Of a DNA stretch of 64,000 nucleotides, positions 40,759-51,841 are shown piece by piece. A program made the translations under genes and the position numbers. The notes below the pieces were generated by a model, which was not told the origin of the DNA, ran no database searches, and worked only from the letters and a program-made list of their open reading frames with translations. Within the stretch, counting starts at the first letter, position 1. Each line of letters begins with the position of its first letter. Origin of the DNA: Anaerohalosphaeraceae bacterium (lineage in GTDB: Bacteria; Planctomycetota; Phycisphaerae; Sedimentisphaerales; Anaerohalosphaeraceae); contig CAXXSL010000011.1 in assembly GCA_963675525.2 (NCBI GenBank), positions 1 through 64,000 of the forward strand. The letters are read 5' to 3'.

Positions 40759-41955
40759 TTAAACGGCTTCAATGCCAACTAACGAGACGTCATCTCTGAG
40801 GTTGACATGGCAGGCCCAGTTTTCCAATGATTTCATGACCGCATCCAGCGTTGGCTCAATCGCCGCATCGCGGTTGCGTTGAAGGGTTTCCAGCAGGCGG
40901 TCTTCGCCAAACGGAATGTCACGGGAACTGAGGGCCTCGACGACACCGTCGGTAAACAAAATCAATTTGTCAGCCGATTCAAGATGGATTTTTTCTGAAC
41001 GGTAATCGGCCTCGGGGATAATCCCGATCGGATAGCTTTGAGTTACGATGATTCGCGGAACTTGTCCCTGCCGTATCAGAATCGGCCCGGGGTGTCCGGC
41101 TGAACAAAATGAAAAAACTCCTGTTTGGGTATCCAGCACCCCGTATAGAATCGTAAAAAACATTCCAGTCTGCATGTCTATCGGGTACTTGGCATTGAGC
41201 CGTGCGAAGACCTCTTCGGGCGAAAGCAGATTTGGCCCGTTCTGGCGGGGTCGCAGGTCCTGACTGAGCGAAAAAGATTGCAGCGAGGCTCGAACGCCGT
41301 GTCCGCAGACATCCAGCACATAAACCACCGTGTACCTATCATCAAGCTGCATAATATTCAGCGTATCGCCAGCCAACTCCTGACACGGACGAAATCGCCA
41401 AGCATAGCGGTATGCGTCAGTATTCGGCAATTGCTTTGGAAGCTGAGCCTGTTGAATCTCTGCAGCTGCCTGCAGATCGCGTTTGAGCTGAGCATTGGCT
41501 TGGCGAAGCGACTCTTCGGCCAGACGCCGTTGCGTGATATCAGACTGGACCCCGATAAAATGCGTGGTCTTGCCCAGATCATCCCGGACCGGTGTAATGG
41601 ACAGCCGGTTCCAGAACGGCGTGCCGTCTTTTTGGTAATTGAGGATTTCCACAATGCACGAATCCTCATCGACCACTGCTTTGCGAATCGCCTGCTTGGC
41701 CTCGGGGTCAGTGTCGGCCCCTTGGAGAAAACGGCAGTTGCGACCGATCACCTCATCATATCCATACCCGGTTATCGTGGTAAACGCTCGATTGGCATAG
41801 ATGATCGGCATGTCGGGCTGGGTGCAGTCAGAGATGACAACACCCTCAGCCGTCGACTCCAGCGCGCGTTCCTTCAGCAAACGCCACACCTTTTCAATTT
41901 CCATGCGAGTGTCCTTTGTTGAATCGGCATTTATTAATTCACTTCCAACCATCAT
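40759..41955 (-). CDS. LOV-domain PP2C/SpoIIE (RsbU/RsbP-like) phosphatase
   Basis: GRNCRFLQG with the photoactive Cys, NYQKDG.PFWN and FIGVQ, then LAGD, DVCGHG, SAGH, FTDG.VE and DD.S. Confidence 0.93.
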   Translation of the reverse strand: MMVGSELINADSTKDTRMEIEKVWRLLKERALESTAEGVVISDCTQPDMPIIYANRAFTTITGYGYDEVIGRNCRFLQGADTDPEAKQAIRKAVVDEDSCIVEILNYQKDGTPFWNRLSITPVRDDLGKTTHFIGVQSDITQRRLAEESLRQANAQLKRDLQAAAEIQQAQLPKQLPNTDAYRYAWRFRPCQELAGDTLNIMQLDDRYTVVYVLDVCGHGVRASLQSFSLSQDLRPRQNGPNLLSPEEVFARLNAKYPIDMQTGMFFTILYGVLDTQTGVFSFCSAGHPGPILIRQGQVPRIIVTQSYPIGIIPEADYRSEKIHLESADKLILFTDGVVEALSSRDIPFGEDRLLETLQRNRDAAIEPTLDAVMKSLENWACHVNLRDDVSLVGIEAV

Positions 41956-42037
41956 ACTTAATCCTTCCTGATAATCAACACTCCACGTCTTTGCCCTTAT
42001 ACATATTCAGTGCATAAAAGAGCCTGTATTGTACGTG

Positions 42038-42065
42038 TATACGGTCAATGACGTTGCCGGTTTGC
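42038..42065 (-). promoter_or_regulatory. ECF-sigma promoter upstream of the LOV-phosphatase gene
   Basis: GCAAAC-N16-CGTATA on the minus strand. Confidence 0.6.
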
Positions 42066-42190
42066 CAAAATCAAAAAAAACGGCGTTTTTTCAACTTCAG
42101 GGCTTGTTTTTTACGATAGATAGCATAGAGTGATTTCACGGCAGCGAATTTGAACGAACCGCTTATCCGGCCTTAAATCCCTATATTAAA

Positions 42191-42952
42191 ATGACCTTAC
42201 ATAAAACGACAATCTCACTGTTCTGTGCGGCGATGCTGCTGACGGCCGGGTGCGGACCCCGCAAAGACCCATACGCTCCGGTCATTTCCACGCCGCAACG
42301 GACCTCTGGTGAAATTCTCGGTTACTCCATCCAGAATCGTCCGATCGAACTGTTCACCGTCGGCACCGGCTCGCAAACGGTGCTTATCATTTCCACCATT
42401 CATGGCAATGAAGACGCCGGAACCCCGCTAGTTGGGAAGCTCATCGGTCATCTCAAACGGCGTCCCCAACTGCTGGATTCATATACTATCCTGATCGTTC
42501 CGGTTGTTAATCCGGACGGCCGGGCTTTGCGAACCCGCGGCAATGCCGCCAGCGTTGACCTGAACCGCAACTTCCCGTCGGATAACCGCATCAACAACGC
42601 CCATTTCGGCATCCACGGACTGAGCGAGCCGGAATCGCAAATCCTGCATGATCTGATCGTCCAGCGTAAACCGCTACGTATCGTCAGTCTTCACCAACCG
42701 TACGGCTGTTTGGATTATGACGGCCCCGCCGCAGAACTTGCGCACGCCATGCGGCTTTACTGCACGCTGCCGGTTCGAAAGCTCGGCGCCCTGCCCGGTT
42801 CACTCGGCTCGTTCGCAGGAGTGGACCAAATGATCCCCATTATCACGATGGAATTGAAGGGCTCTGATTCGGGGCTGACCGCCAATGCGTTGTGGGCCCA
42901 GTACGGAACAGCACTGCTGGCGTTTATCACGTATCCCCATTCGCCCTACTGA
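42191..42952 (+). CDS. M14-family zinc carboxypeptidase lipoprotein (MpaA-like)
   Basis: Lipobox TAGC, HGNE, NPDG, VDLNRNF, SEPES, SLH, PGSLG, ITMEL. Confidence 0.88.
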   Translation: MTLHKTTISLFCAAMLLTAGCGPRKDPYAPVISTPQRTSGEILGYSIQNRPIELFTVGTGSQTVLIISTIHGNEDAGTPLVGKLIGHLKRRPQLLDSYTILIVPVVNPDGRALRTRGNAASVDLNRNFPSDNRINNAHFGIHGLSEPESQILHDLIVQRKPLRIVSLHQPYGCLDYDGPAAELAHAMRLYCTLPVRKLGALPGSLGSFAGVDQMIPIITMELKGSDSGLTANALWAQYGTALLAFITYPHSPY

Positions 42953-42964
42953 CTGTCACATGTT

Positions 42965-42990
42965 GTCATTCCCGTGAAGACAGGAATCCA
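42965..42990. repeat. REP-like palindromic element between convergent genes
   Basis: GTCATTCCCGTGAAGACAGGAATCCA, a degenerate copy of the widespread GTCATTCCCGCG..GCGGGAATCCA palindrome. Confidence 0.55.
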
Positions 42991-43037
42991 GCGTTACCGC
43001 CATTGCTTGCATCATAGCCGCTCCCTCACTGCTGGCA

Positions 43038-45299
<2,262 letters not shown>

Positions 45300-45460
45300 T
45301 TAATCCTTAGAACACATTTCCTAATGCGGGTGTTCATACGATGTGCTATCAGGCGTGCATCCTACTGTTTGGCGGGAAAATGTCAATGGAAATCGGAATT
45401 ATCTGCGTTTTTGGCGATTAAATGAGGCTTCTTGTGGGATTTTGGGGTGTATTCCTGATC

Positions 45461-46000
45461 CCAAACGTGTCCAAAACTGCGCCAACATGCGCCCAAACGG
45501 CGCCATTTTGTGCCAGTAATGCGCCAAAGTTTGCCATTTCTTGCCACGAATTAACACCCATTGACACGAAATTAATATTAAGAACTTATGAACTCGAGAA
45601 CATAAGAACTTGAGAATGTGGCTGTCCCCTGCGCTGGCGCTTCGGGCTTTTGTGGGGGGTCGCTCTCGTATTTACTTGTCAGCTTCCAGCTCTCGGCTTT
45701 CAGCGGGCGGTTTTTCCGCCGACGAAATCATTATCGCATAAATTAGATGAATGTCAAACATTTTTTGATTTTTGACGAGATTTAGAGGATTTTTTTTGAC
45801 AGGATTAACGGGATTTAACAGGATTTTTTTGCTCTACGAGGGGCCTCATCGTTGATTCTTAAAGGATATTCGACCCTTTCAGGGTCGGGGGGTTGGGGGG
45901 ATGCTACGGACCCCGCATTTCGCTTGGCTCATACGGGGCTATTGTTGTTCAACCGCGATGCGGTTTTTTTAAACGGCCGGCAGGATGCCGGCGTTACGGT
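45461..46000. repeat. Cluster of short tandem and palindromic repeats
   Basis: Phased CCA units 45461-45546, AGAACTTA-like octamers 45581-45616, CGCTGGCGCTTCGGGCT 45632, TCAGCTT-like heptamers ~45679-45704, ACAGGATT-like units 45771-45830, CGACCCTTTCAGGGTCG 45871, CCGGCAGGATGCCGG ~45977. Confidence 0.7.
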
Positions 46001-46184
46001 GGGAGAAATTCCGCCCTCCGTTATGTTCACAACTCTTATGCCCTTCACACAGAGATGTCCAGAATTTCTCATATGGCATGATATCTTCATGGCTTGCACG
46101 CCAGCGTGCATCGATGCCATCCCATCCATTCCCCTGAAAAATTTGCCCACAGACAGGACATTGACGCGGCAGTTTCTTTGGCAT
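45969..46184 (-). CDS. Small Cys/His-containing hypothetical protein, possibly metal-binding and possibly partial
   Basis: CPVC..F.GNGWDGIDA.WR..HE..MPYE..W pattern. No clear RBS, and the 3' end runs into a palindromic repeat. Confidence 0.45.
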   Translation of the reverse strand: MPKKLPRQCPVCGQIFQGNGWDGIDARWRASHEDIMPYEKFWTSLCEGHKSCEHNGGRNFSHRNAGILPAV

Positions 46185-46356
46185 AGCTTTTTGGCAGCAC
46201 AGACAGTCTGTGCAATTGGCCTTTTCCTTTTTTGACTGTTTCTGATGAAATTAATGGACCAGAGCCTTTAGTTTCACTCTCGTCTTCCTGTTTTGTGGAT
46301 TTTGGTTCTTTTTCGCTCTTATTTTTTTTTTGTAATATCAGTTAGGATTTTGTCTT

Positions 46357-47433
46357 CTACTGCCGTATTTTCAGGAGCCGCTCTTTGTAATCAGTTATTA
46401 GAAATTCACTAAATATATTAACAACTCCAACAACCCTTTTTTCTTGTTGTAAAATCGAGTATAAACTGAATCTGTTTTCCTTATCGCGCAATACATCATA
46501 AATGTACTTATATAGATTTAAGTTGCCGCTATATCTACTTTGTTGAAATCCGACAAAAAATTTCTTTATTTTTTCACTATACTTGAAAATATCGCCTTCT
46601 TCTATTGTTGCCGTAATGAAATCTTTCGATGCTTTCATTATGTCATTGACAAAACTACAATCCATTAAAGTAGGATAATCCCTTTCCATTTCATCCTCTA
46701 AATCCCTGTCAAAAAGAGATTGGCCTGAAAAATGCTGAAAAAATATAATACGATATTTTTGTTTGCAACATGCCAACATACGAGGATCTGGTTCCGAAAG
46801 AGATTGGTAAGCTTTTTTAATTCGTAGAAATAATTCTTCTGAGATTTCTCGGCTTAACAAAATTTCGGAAAGATTTTCCACGTCCTCTGGCACTTCGACC
46901 AATCTTTCAACTAACGCCCTTGTTTCTTCTATTTTTAAATCACTATATAACCGCGTCATATTTTTCTTAATATTTCCGTCAAGATTCCTTACCTCATCTC
47001 TTATTTTTAAATGTCTATCAAAAACTGCTTTACTTTCTTCTTCTATATCCTTCACATTTTTAACTTGTCTTGATATATATATACCAAGACTAATAGCCAA
47101 AAGACCAACTACTATCCCTACCACTGTAAGCAATATCCCATAAAATGATAAAGCATGAGAGGCACCTGATATACTGGTATTAACGCTATTTATTGCTTTG
47201 TCGTTACATTGGATTTGGTAGTCAAATTTCTTGTCAAACTCTTCTCTTGTCTGATGCATGTTATCCGTCAAGTCGGCTACTTCTTTTTGAAGATTGACGT
47301 ATTTTTCTGATTGAGCACTTATGTCCTTTTGCATTTGTGCAATTTGTAGTTGCGACAAAGTGGCCTGATTGGGATCAGTGGCATAAACAATTGCGGTAAA
47401 AATAAATAGTCCAAGTACAATAAACTTTTTCAT
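46357..47433 (-). CDS. AT-rich hypothetical membrane protein (signal peptide, coiled coil, one TM, helical domain)
   Basis: 358-aa ORF with GGGAG RBS and upstream TATAAT; visibly more AT-rich than icd and lpxK. Confidence 0.8.
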   Translation of the reverse strand: MKKFIVLGLFIFTAIVYATDPNQATLSQLQIAQMQKDISAQSEKYVNLQKEVADLTDNMHQTREEFDKKFDYQIQCNDKAINSVNTSISGASHALSFYGILLTVVGIVVGLLAISLGIYISRQVKNVKDIEEESKAVFDRHLKIRDEVRNLDGNIKKNMTRLYSDLKIEETRALVERLVEVPEDVENLSEILLSREISEELFLRIKKAYQSLSEPDPRMLACCKQKYRIIFFQHFSGQSLFDRDLEDEMERDYPTLMDCSFVNDIMKASKDFITATIEEGDIFKYSEKIKKFFVGFQQSRYSGNLNLYKYIYDVLRDKENRFSLYSILQQEKRVVGVVNIFSEFLITDYKERLLKIRQ

Positions 47434-47563
47434 TAATTTTCTCCCTTTTCATATCATCTACCCTGATTAATGTGTATTTGCTGGTAACATTATACCGGAT
47501 AAAGAAGTCCGTGAAAAGGGCTTTTTCTCTCTATTGCTTTTGAAAGAAACAATTAGATTTCTG

Positions 47564-47872
47564 CGTGGGCATAGCCCACCCTGCGTTTTATGGGTTCGGA
47601 ACATGCACGGCCATTATACTGCCCTTACAGGGCGATCCATCTGATGACCCTCTTCCTACCCAGGGCGTTGCCCTGGGCTAAATTGCACTGCACCTTCGGT
47701 GCGAAAGGATCGGGCGACGCTGGAAATATGCGTTAATTGTTGGGCGGGATGCGTAATACTCATCGGGCGACTTACGTCGCCGCGCTTTTAGTGCCATCGT
47801 GTCACTGCCGTTCCACGCTTTTGCTGGGCGGGGGTGCGCGGCCCCATCGGGCGGCTTGCGCCGCCTCGCTTT
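47564..47872. repeat. Cluster of REP-like palindromes
   Basis: GTGGGCATAGCCCAC, GCCCTTACAGGGC, CCCAGGGCGTTGCCCTGGG, GCACCTTCGGTGC and two related CATCGGGCG.CTT.CG.CGCC.CGCT copies (~47761 and ~47845). Confidence 0.7.
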
Positions 47873-47933
47873 TGTTGCTGGCTGGAAACGGGACATAAAA
47901 TGTCTTTGTTGTGGGTTATATGGGAGGATTCTT

Positions 47934-47962
47934 TTGACATCGGAGGGGTTGGGGGGTATGCT
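47934..47962 (+). promoter_or_regulatory. Sigma70-type promoter of the LPS operon
   Basis: TTGACA-N17-TATGCT about 45 bp before the ATG at 48008. Confidence 0.65.
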
Positions 47963-48007
47963 ATTGCGTTTTATCGGGATGTCGCGGGCGTCCCGTGGGC
48001 TTTTGTG

Positions 48008-49087
48008 ATGGATTACGGAAATATCGGCTTGAGGCAGGATACTTATCGACAGATTGTTTCGGGAAACGACCGGCGTGTCGCGGCCGGGGTGTTGCGCGTC
48101 CTTCTCCGTCCGGCGGGTCTGTTGTACGGGCTAATTATCTCCGTTCGCAACCGGCTGTATGACCTCGGCATTTTAAAATCGCATTCGGTTGAGGTTCCGG
48201 TCATCTGCGTGGGGAATCTGACCGCCGGCGGGACGGGCAAAACCCCCCTTGTCATCTGGCTGTGCAACTATCTGACGTCGAAGGGCATCCACTGTGCGAT
48301 TCTAACACGCGGCTATAAAACCAACGTCCGGCGAATGACGGATGAACCGGCGCTTTTGGCCAAGGCATGCGGGGATGTGCCGGTCATCGTCAACTCGGAC
48401 CGTGTGGCGGGCGCTCGAAAAGCGATTGAAAAGTATCGCGCACAAATCCTCATCATGGACGACGGGTTCCAGCATCGACGGTTGCGGCGGGAACTGGACA
48501 TTGTTACCGTCGACGCGACGTGTCCGTTCGGCTATGGACGTATCCTGCCGGCGGGGTTATTGCGGGAATCGCCGCGAGGGTTGAAACGTGCGGCGGCGGC
48601 TGTCATTACCCGCAGCGACCAGGTCCGGCCGGAAGAGCTGCGAGCCATCGAAACGAAAATCCGGGACATTGCGCCCGATTTGCCCATCGCTAAAACCGTT
48701 CATCAGCTAAAACATGCCGTGACGGTGAAAAATGAAGAAATTCCCCTGGACGCACTGGCCGGAAAACCCGTGTATGCCTTTTGCGGTATCGGCAATCCGG
48801 AGGCGTTCTTTTTGAGCCTCAAGCAGAGCGGGCTGGAGGTTGTCGGGACGATGATATTTGACGACCATCACGCCTATACGCAGGACGACATGCGCCGGGT
48901 TTTTGAGCAGGCCGATGCGTGCGGGGCCAAGGTTATCCTGTGTACGCAGAAGGATTGGGGCAAAAGCGCCCTGCTGGCCCCGAAATCCGGTCTTGTTTTT
49001 GCAACGCTGGCGATGGAACTGGACTTTGTCGAGGAATTTGATAGAATTACCGAACAGTTGATTGAAATATTAAAAATCAAAGATTAA
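48008..49087 (+). CDS. lpxK: Tetraacyldisaccharide 4'-kinase
   Basis: VGNLTAGGTGKTP, RGY, DEP, MDDGFQH, LPAGLLRE, GIGNP, DHH.Y, TQKD. Confidence 0.95.
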   Translation: MDYGNIGLRQDTYRQIVSGNDRRVAAGVLRVLLRPAGLLYGLIISVRNRLYDLGILKSHSVEVPVICVGNLTAGGTGKTPLVIWLCNYLTSKGIHCAILTRGYKTNVRRMTDEPALLAKACGDVPVIVNSDRVAGARKAIEKYRAQILIMDDGFQHRRLRRELDIVTVDATCPFGYGRILPAGLLRESPRGLKRAAAAVITRSDQVRPEELRAIETKIRDIAPDLPIAKTVHQLKHAVTVKNEEIPLDALAGKPVYAFCGIGNPEAFFLSLKQSGLEVVGTMIFDDHHAYTQDDMRRVFEQADACGAKVILCTQKDWGKSALLAPKSGLVFATLAMELDFVEEFDRITEQLIEILKIKD

Positions 49088-49103
49088 ATATCAAAATAGA
49101 GGA

Positions 49104-49158
49104 ATCGCCTTCGGCGATGGCCCTTAAAATAGATCTCTCGGCTACGCTCGGGATGACA
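49104..49158. repeat. Short hairpin plus REP-like element between lpxK and hldE
   Basis: ATCGCCTTCGGCGAT hairpin and AGATCTCTCGGCTACGCTCGGGATGAC. Confidence 0.5.
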
Positions 49159-49207
49159 TGGTGTGATTATTTGATTATTGTACCGCAACTATTCTGAAAG
49201 ATGTGAG

Positions 49208-50710
49208 ATGAGTTATACGAAATTATTGAAAGCCGTTACCCATCTCGGGGCACCAACGGTGCTTTTGGTGGGTGACTTCATGCTGGACAGCTATGTTTAC
49301 GGCGATGCGCTGCGTATCAGCCCGGAGGCCCCGGTTCAGGTGCTGAAAGTCGTCGAGCGCCAACACGCCGGAGGCGGTGCGTCTTCGGTTGCCGCCGACA
49401 TCACTACGCTGGGCGCTCAATGCCTGTGTGTCGGTGTGACCGGCAAAGATGCCAATGGGAAACTACTGCGAAACATCCTGCAGAGCATCGGAGCCGAGAT
49501 CGACGGGCTGCTGGAAACCCAGGACCGTCCGACGATCACCAAAGAGCGTATTATCGGTTTGGCGCAGCATCGACATCGTCAGCAGTTGCTGCGTGTGGAC
49601 GAAGAATGCACCGACCCGCTTTCCGAGCAGGACGCTCAGCGACTGCTTGCGACCTATCAAAAATCACTGACCGTCTGCGACATCGTCTGCCTGCAGGATT
49701 ACAACAAGGGCGTCCTGACAGGCGCGTTTTGTCAGACATTGATCACACTGGCAAAAAAGGCCGGCAAAAAAGTATTAGTGGACCCGCCGATGGACCGTGA
49801 TTATGCCAAGTTCAGCGGTGCAACGCTGATCACGCCGAACCGCAAAGAAACCTCACACGCCGTCGGCTTTGAGGTACTGACCATCGCCGATGCAGAGAAA
49901 GCTTCGCAAATCCTGCGTGACAAACTGCAGCTGGACACCGTCGTCATTACGCTGGATAAGGAAGGGGCTTTTCTGCGAACGGCCAACCTGGCAAAACAGG
50001 TGCCGACAATGCCGCGAAATGTGTACGATGTGACCGGTGCCGGGGACATGATGCTGGCCATGCTGGCCGTGGCGATGGCCGCCGACTGCGACGAAGAGAC
50101 CAGCCTTCAGCTCGCCAACATCGCCAGCGGCATTGAAGTCGAGAAATTTGGCGTGGCCACTGTCAGCGTCGATGAGATCGTCAATGAGATCATTTCGACG
50201 CATAAGGGCAAGGCCGGAAAGATACTCCCTGCCGATGAGCTGGTCAAACATCTGGAATACCACCGTCAGCAGAAAGATACGATCGTCTTTACAAACGGCT
50301 GCTTTGATGTACTGCACCGCGGTCATATTGAGTATTTACAATTCTGTAAACAGCAGGGAGATGTCGTTGTTGTCGGTCTCAACAGCGACCGTTCAGTTCG
50401 ACAACTCAAAGGACCCCAACGCCCGATCAATAACCAGCATGACCGCTGTGCTGTTTTGGCGGCATTGGAGAGCGTCGATTATATTTGCGTTTTCGATGAA
50501 CCGGACCCATTGGCCCTGATCGAACAGGTTTGTCCCGATGTGCTGGTCAAAGGCGCCGACTGGGCCGATAAAGGCGTAATCGGCCGAGAGTTTGTGGAAG
50601 CCCGCGGCGGACGTGTTAAGCTGGCCCCGCTGGTCGATGGAAAAAGCTCAACAGGCACAATTGAAAAAATGAAGAACCTAAGCGGCCAATCTGAGCAAAA
50701 GGAATACTAA
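49208..50710 (+). CDS. hldE: Bifunctional ADP-heptose synthase (heptose-7-P kinase / heptose-1-P adenylyltransferase)
   Basis: RISPEAPV, DYNKG, TPNRKE, DVTGAGD, FTNGCFDVLHRGH, LVKGADW. Confidence 0.96.
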   Translation: MSYTKLLKAVTHLGAPTVLLVGDFMLDSYVYGDALRISPEAPVQVLKVVERQHAGGGASSVAADITTLGAQCLCVGVTGKDANGKLLRNILQSIGAEIDGLLETQDRPTITKERIIGLAQHRHRQQLLRVDEECTDPLSEQDAQRLLATYQKSLTVCDIVCLQDYNKGVLTGAFCQTLITLAKKAGKKVLVDPPMDRDYAKFSGATLITPNRKETSHAVGFEVLTIADAEKASQILRDKLQLDTVVITLDKEGAFLRTANLAKQVPTMPRNVYDVTGAGDMMLAMLAVAMAADCDEETSLQLANIASGIEVEKFGVATVSVDEIVNEIISTHKGKAGKILPADELVKHLEYHRQQKDTIVFTNGCFDVLHRGHIEYLQFCKQQGDVVVVGLNSDRSVRQLKGPQRPINNQHDRCAVLAALESVDYICVFDEPDPLALIEQVCPDVLVKGADWADKGVIGREFVEARGGRVKLAPLVDGKSSTGTIEKMKNLSGQSEQKEY

Positions 50711-51816
50711 TGGGCCAAAAAGCAATATTTCTTGATCGCGACGATACATTAATAGATGATCCGGGCTATATTAAGGATCCCGCCCAGATCAAACTGCTCC
50801 CCGGGGCCGCGGATGCGGTCATCCATCTCAAAAAGATGGGGTATCTGGTTATTATTATCACCAATCAGTCGGCCATCGCCCGTGGCTATATCACGGAAAA
50901 ACAACTCGAAGAAATCCATCGAAAACTGAAAAGCCTTCTTTCCGCCGTAGGTGCCGTGATTGACGGCATTTATTATTGCCCTTATCATCCGGACGGCACC
51001 GTGTCAGGATTCGATCAGGAAAGCCATCTTCGCAAACCCAATCCGGGAATGCTGCTGAAAGCTGCAGAGGAACTCGGGATCGACCTGGAACAATCCTGGA
51101 TGGTCGGCGACACCTATCGGGATATTCAAGCCGGCAAGGCCGCCGGTTGTCATACGATTCTGGTCGATGTCCCGGGCAAGACCCGCGAACTGGACACGGC
51201 CACTCCTCAGCCGGATCGAAAAGCCGTCAATCTGCGTGAAGTCGTCAATATTATCCGGATGTATGAATTTCATCAGAAGGCACAGGCCGCAAAAAAGAAT
51301 CTGGCTGAAACATCACAAGAGCCTGTATCGGAAAAAGACGTCACCTCTGTTTCCTATACCAACAATAAACTGCCCGATGCAATAGACGAGGCGGAAAAAA
51401 AAACAATACCGACGCCGGAAAAGATAACCGCGGCGATCATTGAAAGCCTACCGCAGCCGTCGTCTACTCCGCAAGAGATATCAGCAAAGCCGCCGATCAA
51501 GATCCACTCAACTAAGCCGCCTTCAAAAAACGAGGCCGTTGAACCGGATGAACACACCGACAAAACGCATCACTTGCTGCAGGAAGTTCTGCACCATCTG
51601 ACGTCTTCAAAACGAAGCGAACTCTATGAGGATTTTTCCGCTTTTAAATTGTTAGCCGGAATGGCACAGGTCATTGCACTGTTCTGTATTATTTTCAGCC
51701 TGTGGTTTTGGCTGAACCCCAAGGTAGGGTATGACGCGGTGCAGGTGATGATCGGCTATGCGATCGCCCTGCAGCTTCTGGTGATTGCATTGGTCATGAT
51801 GCATAAACGGGATTGA
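50710..51816 (+). CDS. gmhB: D,D-heptose 1,7-bisphosphate phosphatase with a linker and C-terminal TM pair
   Basis: FLDRDDT, ITNQS, CPYHP, RKPNPGM, MVGD...D. About 180 extra residues end in two hydrophobic helices. Confidence 0.88.
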   Translation: MGQKAIFLDRDDTLIDDPGYIKDPAQIKLLPGAADAVIHLKKMGYLVIIITNQSAIARGYITEKQLEEIHRKLKSLLSAVGAVIDGIYYCPYHPDGTVSGFDQESHLRKPNPGMLLKAAEELGIDLEQSWMVGDTYRDIQAGKAAGCHTILVDVPGKTRELDTATPQPDRKAVNLREVVNIIRMYEFHQKAQAAKKNLAETSQEPVSEKDVTSVSYTNNKLPDAIDEAEKKTIPTPEKITAAIIESLPQPSSTPQEISAKPPIKIHSTKPPSKNEAVEPDEHTDKTHHLLQEVLHHLTSSKRSELYEDFSAFKLLAGMAQVIALFCIIFSLWFWLNPKVGYDAVQVMIGYAIALQLLVIALVMMHKRD

Positions 51817-51841
51817 TCCTCATCCGGGAGATTGGTTTATC

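Noticed and set aside
45461..47880. CRISPR array or integron attC array
   Set aside because: Repeats differ from each other, lack constant-length unique spacers, and no cas or intI gene is in the window.
47834..48007. N-terminal extension of LpxK given by the ORF track
   Set aside because: It spans a palindromic repeat and the predicted promoter at 47934-47962; the real start is likely 48008 or later.
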